64,000 nt of DNA from an uncultured delta proteobacterium (GCA_963696385.1 CAVOKF010000008.1:800001-864000), one strand, 5' to 3'; shown: positions 20,292 to 29,251, counted from the first letter of the stretch. Notes: generated from the letters alone by a model not told the origin. Numbers and translations are program-made.

Positions 20292-20300
20292 TGTTACCAT
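20292..20300 (+). promoter_or_regulatory. Extended -10 promoter, probably giving a leaderless antitoxin mRNA
   Basis: TGtTACCAT; the ATG at 20307 begins 7 nt after the end of the -10 box. Confidence 0.5.
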
Positions 20301-20306
20301 ACGCGT

Positions 20307-20528
20307 ATGCGTCCGGTCGAAGCTTGCTACGAAAATGGCTTCCTGAAGCCCGCGCAACCTCTCAAACTTCGTCAGGGCGAGAAGGTCGCCGTCGTCGTTC
20401 TCCGTCGTCCTGACCCCGCACGCTGGGACATGAAGCGCCTTGCGGTCGGCAGCGCCGAGGACGAAACGCTTGCCAGCGCCGGTCTCGGCGCGTGGGCCGA
20501 TGCACTCGACGCCGAGGACCGTCGTTGA
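20307..20528 (+). CDS. DUF104/AF2212-like antitoxin
   Basis: MRPVEACYENGFLKPAQPLKLRQGEKV; stop overlaps the toxin start. Confidence 0.85.
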   Translation: MRPVEACYENGFLKPAQPLKLRQGEKVAVVVLRRPDPARWDMKRLAVGSAEDETLASAGLGAWADALDAEDRR

Positions 20529-20871
20529 GGCGTGGAGAGATCTGGTGGGCTGACTTAGGTGGCCACCGGCCGATGGAGCAAACGGGCAGGCGCCCCGTCG
20601 TGATCTGGCAGAGCGACGCGCTCACAAGCGTACTCGCGTCCGTGCACGTCGTGCCGCTTACGACGAACCTCGATCGTGCTCAGCTCGCGGGCACCGCTCT
20701 GCTGCAGGCAACCGAAGGGGATTGCCCGATGACTCCGTGGCTCTCGCTTTTCAAATGCGCGCCGTACCGAAGTCCGCGCTGGTAACGCGTGTTCGCCCTT
20801 TGACCGAGACAGAAATGTCGGAGCTCGAACTCGCGACCGATGAAGCGCTCGGGCGTGTCGAGCCCGAATGA
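20525..20871 (+). pseudogene. PemK/MazF-family toxin, frameshifted
   Basis: RRGEIWWADL...EQTGRRPVVIWQ...VVPLTT; one base missing near 20717-20721; other frame continues LPDDSVALAFQMRAV to TGA 20869-20871. Confidence 0.85.
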
Positions 20872-20942
20872 CGGCCGAGCCCTCGCCCGAATCTAGACAT
20901 TTCAAGACAACGGATTCCTCCAAAGCTGCGTGCCACAGCCAA

Positions 20943-21373
20943 TCAACCAGGCGTCGGTTGCCGCTTCTCTGCCGGGCCGATCCGCACGGGCCGTCCCTTC
21001 ACCCGAGCCCGTTGCATTCGTTCGAGGGCCCTCTCGGCATCCTCGGCCGAGCCTAACGACACGAACGCACAACCCCTAGACAGGAACACGTCCGTCAAAG
21101 TGAATCCGTGAAGCGCAAAGGCTTCGATCACATCGTCTTGCGTCACGTCCTATTGTAAATTGCCGACGTATAAGCGAGCTTCCTTCAGCAAGGATCGACG
21201 TTCGTCCCATGCGTTGGTCACCTCTACGCGCGCCGCTCCCCATTCATGCAAATTCTCTGGCGAGTCGTCCGAGGCGTAGACGCTGGGCGATCGTGGGCCT
21301 CCTCAATGGCTCGGTCCAGGTAGTCCACCAATTCCTGCGCATTCTCGCGGACAGTTGCGTGCGTGCTCGCTGA
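20943..21373 (-). pseudogene. 3' remnant of a larger gene ending in an RRM (RNA-recognition motif) domain
   Basis: ARLYVGNLQ*DVTQDD (RNP2; TAG at 21150-21152), RGCAFVSL (RNP1), GRPVRIGPA; frameshift near 21285. Confidence 0.7.
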
Positions 21374-21559
21374 GCACCAGCGACTTGATGAATTGTCGGA
21401 AGACGATCTGATCTGCCTCTCTCCCGGTGGATCGGTGCATCTAGAGATGCTCGAGAGTAAGGACTATCTGGCTGCTTGTGTCGAGGACATTCGGATGGCT
21501 GACGAAGCGGCGGCCAATCGCGTCGCTCTCAGGATCGGTGGCAACCGGCACGCCGCTCC

Positions 21560-21588
21560 CGAAAGTCGTTGCATTCCAACGACTTTCG
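21560..21588. terminator. Perfect 12-bp hairpin next to the att-like tRNA copy (no U-tract)
   Basis: CGAAAGTCGTTG-CATTC-CAACGACTTTCG. Confidence 0.5.
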
Positions 21589-21595
21589 TGCCTTG

Positions 21596-21636
21596 TAGAG
21601 CGGGAGAAGGGATTTGAACCCGTCCACCTTGGCAAG
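21596..21636 (-). repeat. Duplicated 3' half of tRNA-Gly (att site) with a 5-bp internal deletion
   Basis: tagagcgggagaagggatttgaaccc + gtccaccttggcaag matches 30752-30797 except for a missing tcgac. Confidence 0.9.
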
Positions 21637-21896
21637 AGGGTGGGCGTCAGAGCGGGAGCGGGGAAAAGCCGGGCGATCGTCGCTCTGGCTGCCCGCCAGG
21701 TCGCGCCTGCGACCCCCCTCCGGAGCCGGCCGATCGGTGTGATCGACCCCTCGCGGGCGTGCAGTGGTGCACGGACCGGCGGGGGGCGTTCGCCGTTAGC
21801 CTACGACTTCTTCACGGACCGGAGCGCAACCGGCCCGACGCTCGGAAGCCTGGGACGTGCATCCGCCGTGACGCTCGTACCTGGGTACATGGTGAT

Positions 21897-22469
21897 CTAG
21901 GTTCGCCGCCGGCGGAGGCTGGGGCACTGCGCGGCACGCTGCGGCCCGAGCAGCGTGTGCACCCACTGCTCGTGCTCCGGAAGAATGCGCATGCGAGCAT
22001 GAACTAGGGCGGAGAAGACCGCGTCGACGAGCCGCGCACCAAGTGCGGCGCCCACTGCGGGGTCCGCGAAAATCGCACCGCTCGAGAGGAGCGTCACCGT
22101 AGGCAGATGGGCCGCAGCAACACGTCGTCCCTTGCGTTCATCGATGGCGACGGGAAGTCCAAGCGCTTCACCGGCGGCCAGGGCCGCAGCCTCCCCGTCG
22201 TCCAGGTCGTCGGGCGCGTCCGCGCCGGTGAGTTCCACGAAGCGCAGGAGCGCCGGGCCGGGGAGCTGAATCTTCTCGAGGAGGCCCGCTCCGATCAGCG
22301 GCGCCAGCGGATCGCCAGACGGCCGCGGTTCGAGCGGATGCCGGATCACTTCACGGGAAGTGACGGCGACGACGATCCGTCGCCCCTGAAGCGCTGCGAG
22401 AACCCCCTCGGCCTGACCGCTGCCGAGGATGTTCAACATCACGCTCGTGTCGAGCACGACGACGCTCAT
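21897..22469 (-). CDS. PIN-domain protein (putative nuclease toxin)
   Basis: VVLDTSV, SREV, LDDGEAAALA, IDERKGRR acidic PIN signature; ATGA overlap with upstream gene. Confidence 0.8.
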   Translation of the reverse strand: MSVVVLDTSVMLNILGSGQAEGVLAALQGRRIVVAVTSREVIRHPLEPRPSGDPLAPLIGAGLLEKIQLPGPALLRFVELTGADAPDDLDDGEAAALAAGEALGLPVAIDERKGRRVAAAHLPTVTLLSSGAIFADPAVGAALGARLVDAVFSALVHARMRILPEHEQWVHTLLGPQRAAQCPSLRRRRT

Positions 22470-23617
22470 CCCGCGTGCGCCTCGATCGCGGCGTCGATCG
22501 CGTCGACGGAGGTGAAGGCGTCGATCGCGCGCCGGAGCTCCACGCGATCCATCACGAGCATGTCTGCGAGTTGGCCCTCGCTGTAGAGCCCCTGCTCGTG
22601 GGCCTCTGCGGCGAGCATCAGGAGGCGCGCTCCGGGCTCCGTGCTCTCGCCTTCCTCCTGGCTTCCGAGCACGCGTTGCACGGCCTCCTCATCGAGCCCC
22701 CGATCCTTGACGGAGTCGTAGGTTCCCTGCGGCAGCAGCTCCAGCCGCTCCAACTGGCGCGTGAATGCCTCGACCGACACTCCAAGCCGGTGTGCACCCA
22801 AGATCAGGTGCCGCGCGGAGAACCTGCCTTCTTGCCCGACGTATTCATCGAAGATTCTACGCACCGTCGCGCTGGGCATGAGGAAAGCCGCAGCGAACGC
22901 GTCAGCGAAGACGTCGTCGGGATGCTTTCCCACGAGTGTGAAGGCGATGCTTGGCTCTCGACGGGTCGTGAGGAAGTGAGCAAGCTCGTGCGCCAGCGTC
23001 CACCGGCGCCGGGCGCGCCTGTGCAAGCGGTTGAGCAGTACGCACGCGCCCAGCTCGTCATGGAACGCGTAGACACCTGCGATGGAAGAGGGCAGGGCGC
23101 GAACGAAGACGCGAAGTCCGAGCTCGAGCTCCAGGAGCCCGACGAGATCAGGAATCGGTCCGAGCCCCAAGCCGAGTCGAGAGCGCAGTTCTGCCGCCAG
23201 CTCCTCGGCCTGCTTGTCCAGGCGTCCACGCCCAGGCCTCCGCTCGGGCGGGTAGTCGATGGGGGTTACCTTGTGGAGGCGGTGCTCGAGCTCGACGTAG
23301 GCCGCCGCGAGGTCGTGAAGGAGCGTCAGGGCCTGCACGCCTTCTCGATCCGCCTTTCCTGCGCGGCCGGTGCTCTTGCGGCGAAACTGCCCGACGAGAT
23401 CGACGCGAACCGCGGTCGGCCGGAGGAACGAGTGCACGCCGACCCCATAGAGCGCGGCGAGAGCAACAAGTTCCTCGGGTCGTGGCTGTCGGTCCCCCCC
23501 TTCGATTGCAACGAGCGTCGTCCGGGCGACGCCGAGTTTCTCTGCCGCGTGCTCCTGCGTCAGTCCGGCCGCCCCGCGAGCGACTCGAAGTCGTTCCCCT
23601 AGCTTTGCTGGATCCAT
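22466..23617 (-). CDS. XRE-HTH plus ImmA/IrrE-family zinc metallopeptidase
   Basis: LGERLRVAR...LTQEHAAEKLGVARTTLVAIEGGDR; RRWTLAHELAH (HExxH); ADAFAAAFLMP; C-terminal HTH-like SEGQLADML. Confidence 0.92.
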   Translation of the reverse strand: MDPAKLGERLRVARGAAGLTQEHAAEKLGVARTTLVAIEGGDRQPRPEELVALAALYGVGVHSFLRPTAVRVDLVGQFRRKSTGRAGKADREGVQALTLLHDLAAAYVELEHRLHKVTPIDYPPERRPGRGRLDKQAEELAAELRSRLGLGLGPIPDLVGLLELELGLRVFVRALPSSIAGVYAFHDELGACVLLNRLHRRARRRWTLAHELAHFLTTRREPSIAFTLVGKHPDDVFADAFAAAFLMPSATVRRIFDEYVGQEGRFSARHLILGAHRLGVSVEAFTRQLERLELLPQGTYDSVKDRGLDEEAVQRVLGSQEEGESTEPGARLLMLAAEAHEQGLYSEGQLADMLVMDRVELRRAIDAFTSVDAIDAAIEAHAG

Positions 23618-24972
23618 GGATCACCGGGTCCTTGCTCAGAAGTCACAACCTGACGCAACCAACTTCTTTCGGGCACCGCGTTGACGAAGCCGCTCCACTC
23701 CTCCGCATGCTTCGCGAAAAGGCGGCCGAGCTTCGTCTCGACCTCGGCGGACGGCCGCCCCACGGACCTCGCCGTCTCCAGCACGTGACCGCGGTAGTTC
23801 GGCAGCTTCGCGGCTACGCCCGCGAGCTCGTCGAGATCCACCGCGGCGTACGTTCCGACCTCGCGATCAGCCGGCTGCGCATCCGCCGGGAGGTCCGCGT
23901 CGACGAGAACGTCGGCGTAGTAGGTTCCAGCGTCCTCGACGAGGCCAGCCGCCCGAAGGGACTGGCGGCGGAACATGCAGCCGGAGCAAAGCCCGCAGTG
24001 GCTCGCGGACACGTTCGGGTGCTGCCGGCGGACGTTTCGGCTGCACGAGCGCGTCCGCTGCCATCCTTCGAGGGCCTTGCGGGCGTGCAGCTCTGCAAGC
24101 ACCTCCCCCTTCGTAACCCACAAGTGCGGCAGCTCGAACGGCGGCAGCACACCCCATAGGTGCTCGAAACATGCGCCTAGTTTCTTGATGAACATGGGGT
24201 GGCAACCGGAGACGGGTTGCTCGATGCCGAACGGCACGAAGGAAGGCCCAAGGCACCCGATGCCGCTCTCGCCGATCCAGATGCGAGCGGCGTTGTTTCG
24301 GCGCCAGGCGAGGGCAGCCAACGAAAAGAACACGAGGGTCCGCGTTCGATACGACGGCTCCGCGTGCGAGCCTCCCGAAACCGTGAACGGAACCGCCAGC
24401 GCGGGCGCCGAGCGATCGCGATCCGGGAGAACCGAGTGCAGCGAGCGCGCGCCGTGCTGTGCATGGACGAGCAAGAGCGGCGCGCCGTCGTTCTGAACGC
24501 GGTGCTGGGCGACCGTGGCGAACGAGTCCAAGCCGCCGCTGTACGGCGCGACGGTCGCCCCGCGAAACTCGCGCGGCAACTGCGGCAGGAAGAGCTGACG
24601 GAGCTCGTCGGCAGCCGTGCGGGGACGAAATTCGAGGCGCCAGAAATCACCGCTCACGTCGTGCAGCAGCGACACCAGCTCCGGCGAGACGCGTTCCCAT
24701 TCGGCAGGCAGATACACGGGCACAGAGAGCGCGACCGCTCGGCCCCATCGACTGCCCCGTCGCCGCGACACGCGCCGATCCGCGAAGGCGATCGAGGCGA
24801 GCACGACGAGCAAGTCGACGTCGATCTCCTCGAGCGGCGTACTGCTGCACCGCTCGAGTGCTCCGCGATCGAACCGGAGCTCGGGGCCGAGGGCGCAAGA
24901 GATCGCATCGTCGGGCGCGGGAGCGCCGGCCTGCTCGAGGACAACGGTCGAGTGCTCTACCGCGGCGTTCAT
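23599..24972 (-). CDS. QueC/QatC-like PP-loop ATP pyrophosphatase
   Basis: YSGGLDS PP-loop; EPSYRTR; ESG; CHP; TKGE; TRSC...HCGLCSGCMFRR zinc motif; about 140-aa N-terminal extension (IAFADRRVSR...W). Confidence 0.85.
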   Translation of the reverse strand: MNAAVEHSTVVLEQAGAPAPDDAISCALGPELRFDRGALERCSSTPLEEIDVDLLVVLASIAFADRRVSRRRGSRWGRAVALSVPVYLPAEWERVSPELVSLLHDVSGDFWRLEFRPRTAADELRQLFLPQLPREFRGATVAPYSGGLDSFATVAQHRVQNDGAPLLLVHAQHGARSLHSVLPDRDRSAPALAVPFTVSGGSHAEPSYRTRTLVFFSLAALAWRRNNAARIWIGESGIGCLGPSFVPFGIEQPVSGCHPMFIKKLGACFEHLWGVLPPFELPHLWVTKGEVLAELHARKALEGWQRTRSCSRNVRRQHPNVSASHCGLCSGCMFRRQSLRAAGLVEDAGTYYADVLVDADLPADAQPADREVGTYAAVDLDELAGVAAKLPNYRGHVLETARSVGRPSAEVETKLGRLFAKHAEEWSGFVNAVPERSWLRQVVTSEQGPGDPWIQQS

Positions 24973-25376
24973 CGGCCCCCCCGTAGGTCAGCGTCTAGGT
25001 CGAGCCGAAGCTTCGTCGCGCGCGGCGGCGCCTCACCGGCAAGGTGACGACGCGCCAGACCCTCCAGATCAGCAGACCGCGCGGCCTCGCCGAAGCGACC
25101 CAGGAGCGCGGGGCAGTCGCGTGGGAAGTCGACGTTCCCCTGTGCACGAACCTCGCGCCCGACGACGCTCACGCGGTCCACGAGAGCTTGGGTCAGCGCT
25201 CGCCTGGCCGCTTCCTCGGCGGATATCCGCTGGTCTGCGATTGCTGCACCTTGACGAAGGAAGGACGCTTCGATCGCGCTGCGCGGCTCGCACGCCGGTT
25301 GAAAGGACTCGCCGGGGAACAGCGAGCCCTCGCCGGCGGCCAGCGCGCGTCGGAGGTAGTCGACGGTGAATGTCAT
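24969..25376 (-). CDS. Hypothetical protein, first gene of the QueC-like cassette
   Basis: AGGA RBS before ATG 25376; ATGA overlap with the QueC-like gene; 5' end uncertain. Confidence 0.6.
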   Translation of the reverse strand: MTFTVDYLRRALAAGEGSLFPGESFQPACEPRSAIEASFLRQGAAIADQRISAEEAARRALTQALVDRVSVVGREVRAQGNVDFPRDCPALLGRFGEAARSADLEGLARRHLAGEAPPRATKLRLDLDADLRGGR

Positions 25377-25393
25377 CGCGCATCCTGAACACA

Positions 25394-25452
25394 AGCATAG
25401 TGTCACCGGGAACAATGTCAAGTCGTGCTGGATGTATGCCTGACATTGTCAA
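25394..25452 (-). promoter_or_regulatory. Sigma70-type promoter with palindromic operator
   Basis: TTGACA (25421-25416), 16 nt, TATGCT (25399-25394); second TTGACA overlapping palindrome TGACAnTGTCA at 25441-25451. Confidence 0.7.
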
Positions 25453-25897
25453 TTCGCTCTCGGAGTGCGACGAGCCGGAGCCGGCGCTGGCCTCAGCTCC
25501 AGCGCAGGCCGGGAAACGCAGACGACAGCGGGAAGCGGCTCACGTGCCGCTCCTCGGGCCCGGCGCCGCGCGCGCGGGCCCCGCGCAGGCACTCGCTATC
25601 CTCCGCCCCCGCCCGGCGGTGCGCCGTTGGTAGCGGCAGGAGCCTGCTTGGCGCGAAGTCTTTGGATCACGGCGACCGTTCGATCCCCGATGCCCGGCGT
25701 GAAGGCATCCTTGCTCGCGTCGATGTCGGTGAACTCGTACGCGACCTTTCCGTCCCAATTCGTCGTCGGCGTGAGCTGCAAGGTCGAGGGGTCTCCGTCC
25801 AGCTCAAGCTCCGTCGGCAGGGCCAGACGCCCCCGAACTGCCCCGAGGGACAGGCCGGTGAACGAAGCGATCTCCTTCGCAAGCCCCGTGGAGCCGC

Positions 25898-26362
25898 TCA
25901 GTCCGTCTTGACGTACTTCAGATCGAAATCGAGCTCCCAGGTCTTGCCGTCTTCCGACTTCTGCCAGTGCGCCTCGATCGTGCGACTGTCGGTGCTGAGC
26001 CGCCCTTCGAAACGCTGGTTGAAGCCCGGCGCTTTCCTCCAGAGCCGCCAGACACCGTCCTCGAAGCTCATCTGGTAGACGCGCGAAACGCCGCGCGCGT
26101 CCGCGTAGAGGACGCTGTACTCCCCCGAAGTCTCGTCCCGTCCCATGAGCCAGCGAGCGTCCGGCGCGCCGTCCGTCCCACCCTGGTGGTGGACGAGGAA
26201 GTGACCGTCCTCAATCCACTCGAAGCGAGTGGCCCCACGAACGGTCGCAGGGCCACCGACCAGCTTGTGACTCTTTAGCGACCAACGGATTTCCATGTCC
26301 CATCGGCCCGAGAGCACCTCGAGCGGCTTGAGCGAGGGGTTCAACGCCACCATGGTCCTCAT
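25898..26362 (-). CDS. DUF1579-like protein
   Basis: LEVLSGRWD, FEWIEDGHFL, YADARGVSRVY, FNQRFEG, WELDFDLKY. Confidence 0.7.
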   Translation of the reverse strand: MRTMVALNPSLKPLEVLSGRWDMEIRWSLKSHKLVGGPATVRGATRFEWIEDGHFLVHHQGGTDGAPDARWLMGRDETSGEYSVLYADARGVSRVYQMSFEDGVWRLWRKAPGFNQRFEGRLSTDSRTIEAHWQKSEDGKTWELDFDLKYVKTD

Positions 26363-26983
26363 TGTTTGCTCCTCCTTCCTAATGGACGACGTACGGGCGG
26401 TCTCAGGATCGACAGCCGTGGAGCTGAGTCCAGCACTTTATCGGAACCGGGCCGCGCTTTCGGAGGCTGGGTAGCGGGCGTCACTTCTTCGGCTTCAGGC
26501 CCTTGAAGACCGACAGACGGGGCTCCTTGATGCCGCGCGCGCGATCGGCGTTCGTGACGACGTCGCCGGCGCGGAAGACGCGCTCGCCGAAGCGCACGTC
26601 CTTGCAGACGACGCCCATCGCACCGCGCTGGCCGGTGCGCGGCATCTCCGCGATCTCGCCGCCGCACGCGACCAGGAGCTCGTCGCTTGGCCAGCACGCG
26701 CGCGACTGGCGGCCAGGACCAATGGTTTACCCACCTGCCTTGCGGGCCCGTTTCGGCACGGTCACGGCAGTGAAAGAACCACCTCTGCTCGAGACACATC
26801 GTCGCACTCGCTCGCGCTCGCCGTGGCGCCGCTTTGGGGCTGGACTACGCCGCACGGCGTGCCTATGACCTGTTCGGTCGATCGAGGTCTCGTCCCAGGG
26901 ACTCTGCCCGTTACGGAGGACCCAACCATGTCGCGCCGCTCAAGCACCGGAATCCACCGCCGCTGGCGAATTCGAGGAGGCCC

Positions 26984-27484
26984 ATGATGAGTATTATCGA
27001 CGATGCGCTGAAGGCCAATCGCGAGTATTCGAAGAGGCACGACCGCAGGCTCGCGCAACGCCCGGCTCCCAGGATCGCCGTCGTCATGTGCATGGATCCC
27101 CGCGTTTCGAACCTGCCCGAAATCTTGGGGCTGCCGCTGGCGGACATGGACGTGATTCGTACCGGTGGACCGGCCGTCACGGAAGACGTTCTCGCAGAGC
27201 TCATTGTTTCTACTCGGGTGCTCGGCTCGAGGGAGATCCTGCTCCTCAACCATACCGGCTGCGGATTTACCACGTTCACGGATGACGAATTGAACGCTAG
27301 CCTCGCCGCCTCCACCGGTGATGCATCGCCGGCGCCGATGCGTTTCTTCTCCTACAAGGACCCAGCGCAACATACGCGCGAACAGATTAGGAACGTGAAA
27401 GCACATCCTTGGATCGCGAAAGACATCCCTGTGCGGGGTGTCGTGTTCGACATGGAGACGGGTCTGCTCGGAGAAATCGAGTAG
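26984..27484 (+). CDS. Beta-class carbonic anhydrase
   Basis: CMDPR, IRTGG, HTGCG zinc ligands; GAGGAGG RBS. Confidence 0.93.
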   Translation: MMSIIDDALKANREYSKRHDRRLAQRPAPRIAVVMCMDPRVSNLPEILGLPLADMDVIRTGGPAVTEDVLAELIVSTRVLGSREILLLNHTGCGFTTFTDDELNASLAASTGDASPAPMRFFSYKDPAQHTREQIRNVKAHPWIAKDIPVRGVVFDMETGLLGEIE

Positions 27485-27541
27485 GACGGCGGTCTCTCAG
27501 CGATCGGTGAGGAGGCAGGACATACCCAAGGAGATGCCGAC

Positions 27542-28447
27542 ATGCCGAGCGATGCCATGGAGCAAGTGATCGCCGCTCTCAGGGATCAGCAAATCGCGAA
27601 TGCCAGTCGGGCGGCGCCGCCGCTCAGCGAACGCCGTGCCACGTTCGCCCCTGCGGGCCGCGCTCATGCGATGCCTGACGACGTACTCGTGACGGAGGTC
27701 ACCGCTGGCGGTGTGCCCGCCCACTGGCTTGCGGCCCCCGAAGCGGACACCGGCCGGGTGCTTGTCTTCCTGCACGGCGGAGGTTTCGAGCTCGGGTCGC
27801 TTCGCAGCGACGGCGAGCTCGCCGCCCGGCTGGGACGAGCCAGTGGGATGCGCGTGCTGTTCCCCGAGTATCGCCTAGCCCCGGAGCATCCCTTTCCCGC
27901 TGCCGTCGAGGACGTCCGGGCCGCATGGCACTGGCTCCGCACCCAGCAGGGCCTGGACGCAAAGTCGATCGCGGTGGCTGGCGCATCGGCCGGCGGAGGG
28001 CTCTCGGTCGCCCTGCTCGTGGCCACGCGTGACGCAGGCGAGGAATTGCCCGCAGCCGCCGTACTCATGTCGCCGACGGTCGATCTGACCTGCTCGGGGC
28101 GGTCGATGACCGAGCGCGTCGGCCAGGATCCGCTCTCGACCCCTGCGATGCTCCGTCAGTTCGCCGCCGACTACCTGGCTGGTGCTGACCCCAAGTCTCC
28201 ACTGGCGTCGCCGCTGTTTGCCTCTCTGTCGGGGCTCCCGCCGCTTCTTGTGCAAGCGGGCACGGCCGACCTCCTGTTCAGCGATTCCGAACGTCTGGCG
28301 AAGGCAACGTCCGAAAGCGGGGTGGAAGTCACCCTGGAGATCGGCGAGGGCCTGCCGCACGTTTACCCGATCATGCTCGGCACCCCCGAGGCCGCCGAGG
28401 CCACCGAGCGGATTGGGAAGTTCCTGCGGGCGCGGGTTCGCGGATAG
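27542..28447 (+). CDS. HSL-family esterase (alpha/beta hydrolase)
   Basis: HGGGF, YRLAPEHPFPAA, GASAGG, PHV. Confidence 0.93.
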   Translation: MPSDAMEQVIAALRDQQIANASRAAPPLSERRATFAPAGRAHAMPDDVLVTEVTAGGVPAHWLAAPEADTGRVLVFLHGGGFELGSLRSDGELAARLGRASGMRVLFPEYRLAPEHPFPAAVEDVRAAWHWLRTQQGLDAKSIAVAGASAGGGLSVALLVATRDAGEELPAAAVLMSPTVDLTCSGRSMTERVGQDPLSTPAMLRQFAADYLAGADPKSPLASPLFASLSGLPPLLVQAGTADLLFSDSERLAKATSESGVEVTLEIGEGLPHVYPIMLGTPEAAEATERIGKFLRARVRG

Positions 28448-28657
28448 GCATCGGGAAGACTCCGAAGCAGCTCACTCGACGGCCAGCTCAGTGGGCGAAA
28501 GAACGCGATTTCCTATCGTGCAACAACGAGCGGATCGCCGACGAGCGCACACCGATCGACGACGATGGCGGGATAGCAAGCCCTCCGTGAAAGAGGGATT
28601 GCAGGCCTGCACAACGGGCTTAGCGATCGGGAGAATCGCGTGCTGCAGTCGAGCGCA

Positions 28658-28861
28658 TCGGTCGCGCTCACCTCGCCGGCACGGCTTTGCTGCAGGCGAC
28701 TGAGGGAGGTTTACCCGATGACTCCGTGGCTCTGGCCTTTCAGATGCGCGCCGTGCCGAAGTCCGCGCTTCCTAACCCGTGTCCGCCCTTTGACCGAGAT
28801 GGAAATCTCGGAGCTCGAGCTGGCCACCGATGAGGCTCTGGGCCGCGTAGAACCGGAGTGA
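28658..28861 (+). pseudogene. Second, 5'-truncated and frameshifted PemK/MazF toxin copy
   Basis: RAHLAGTALLQATEGGLPDDSVALAFQMRAVPKSA, +1 base near 28770, then LTRVRPLTEMEISELELATDEALGRVEPE*; homologous to 20670-20871. Confidence 0.85.
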
Positions 28862-29251
28862 TCGAACTTTCGTATCGACGACGACGCGGACTTACGTTCC
28901 GCGGAGTCTTGCCGTCCTGTTCAAGTCGGGCTCGGGAGCGCTTGGAGCGACGGCGCGCACCTTCTCGTCCGACGAACGTAGCTCCCCCTATCGGCGCGTG
29001 CCCTGCCGTCCTACCGCCCCCCGGCCGGACCTACGAAGTTTCCGACACGTCGAACCTCGGGCTCAGATCACAGGGATCGGAGTGGCCGCTGACAAAGGTC
29101 CATGCAGCAGATGTCGATCCCCGCGAGCGTTTTCAGGAGCCTGCTAGAACAGGGCCGGCGCGCGAAGTGGCGCGTGGGGCCGGGCGTTGCGTTCTCAGTG
29201 GAGACGCCGTCCCATATGGCGCCATCCAACCGCGAAGGAGAGCGCTACATC

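Noticed and set aside
21150..21152. Pyrrolysine or stop read-through in the RRM frame
   Set aside because: The same remnant has a frameshift and truncation, and no pyl genes are present
21596..21636. Second tRNA-Gly gene
   Set aside because: Only the 3' half is present and it has a 5-bp deletion
21648..21665. Third att-like copy (agagcgggag)
   Set aside because: A 10-bp match in GC-rich DNA is too short to support
23599..24972. Housekeeping queC for queuosine synthesis
   Set aside because: About twice the usual length with an N-terminal extension, island location, and no queD/queE/queF nearby; gene symbol withheld
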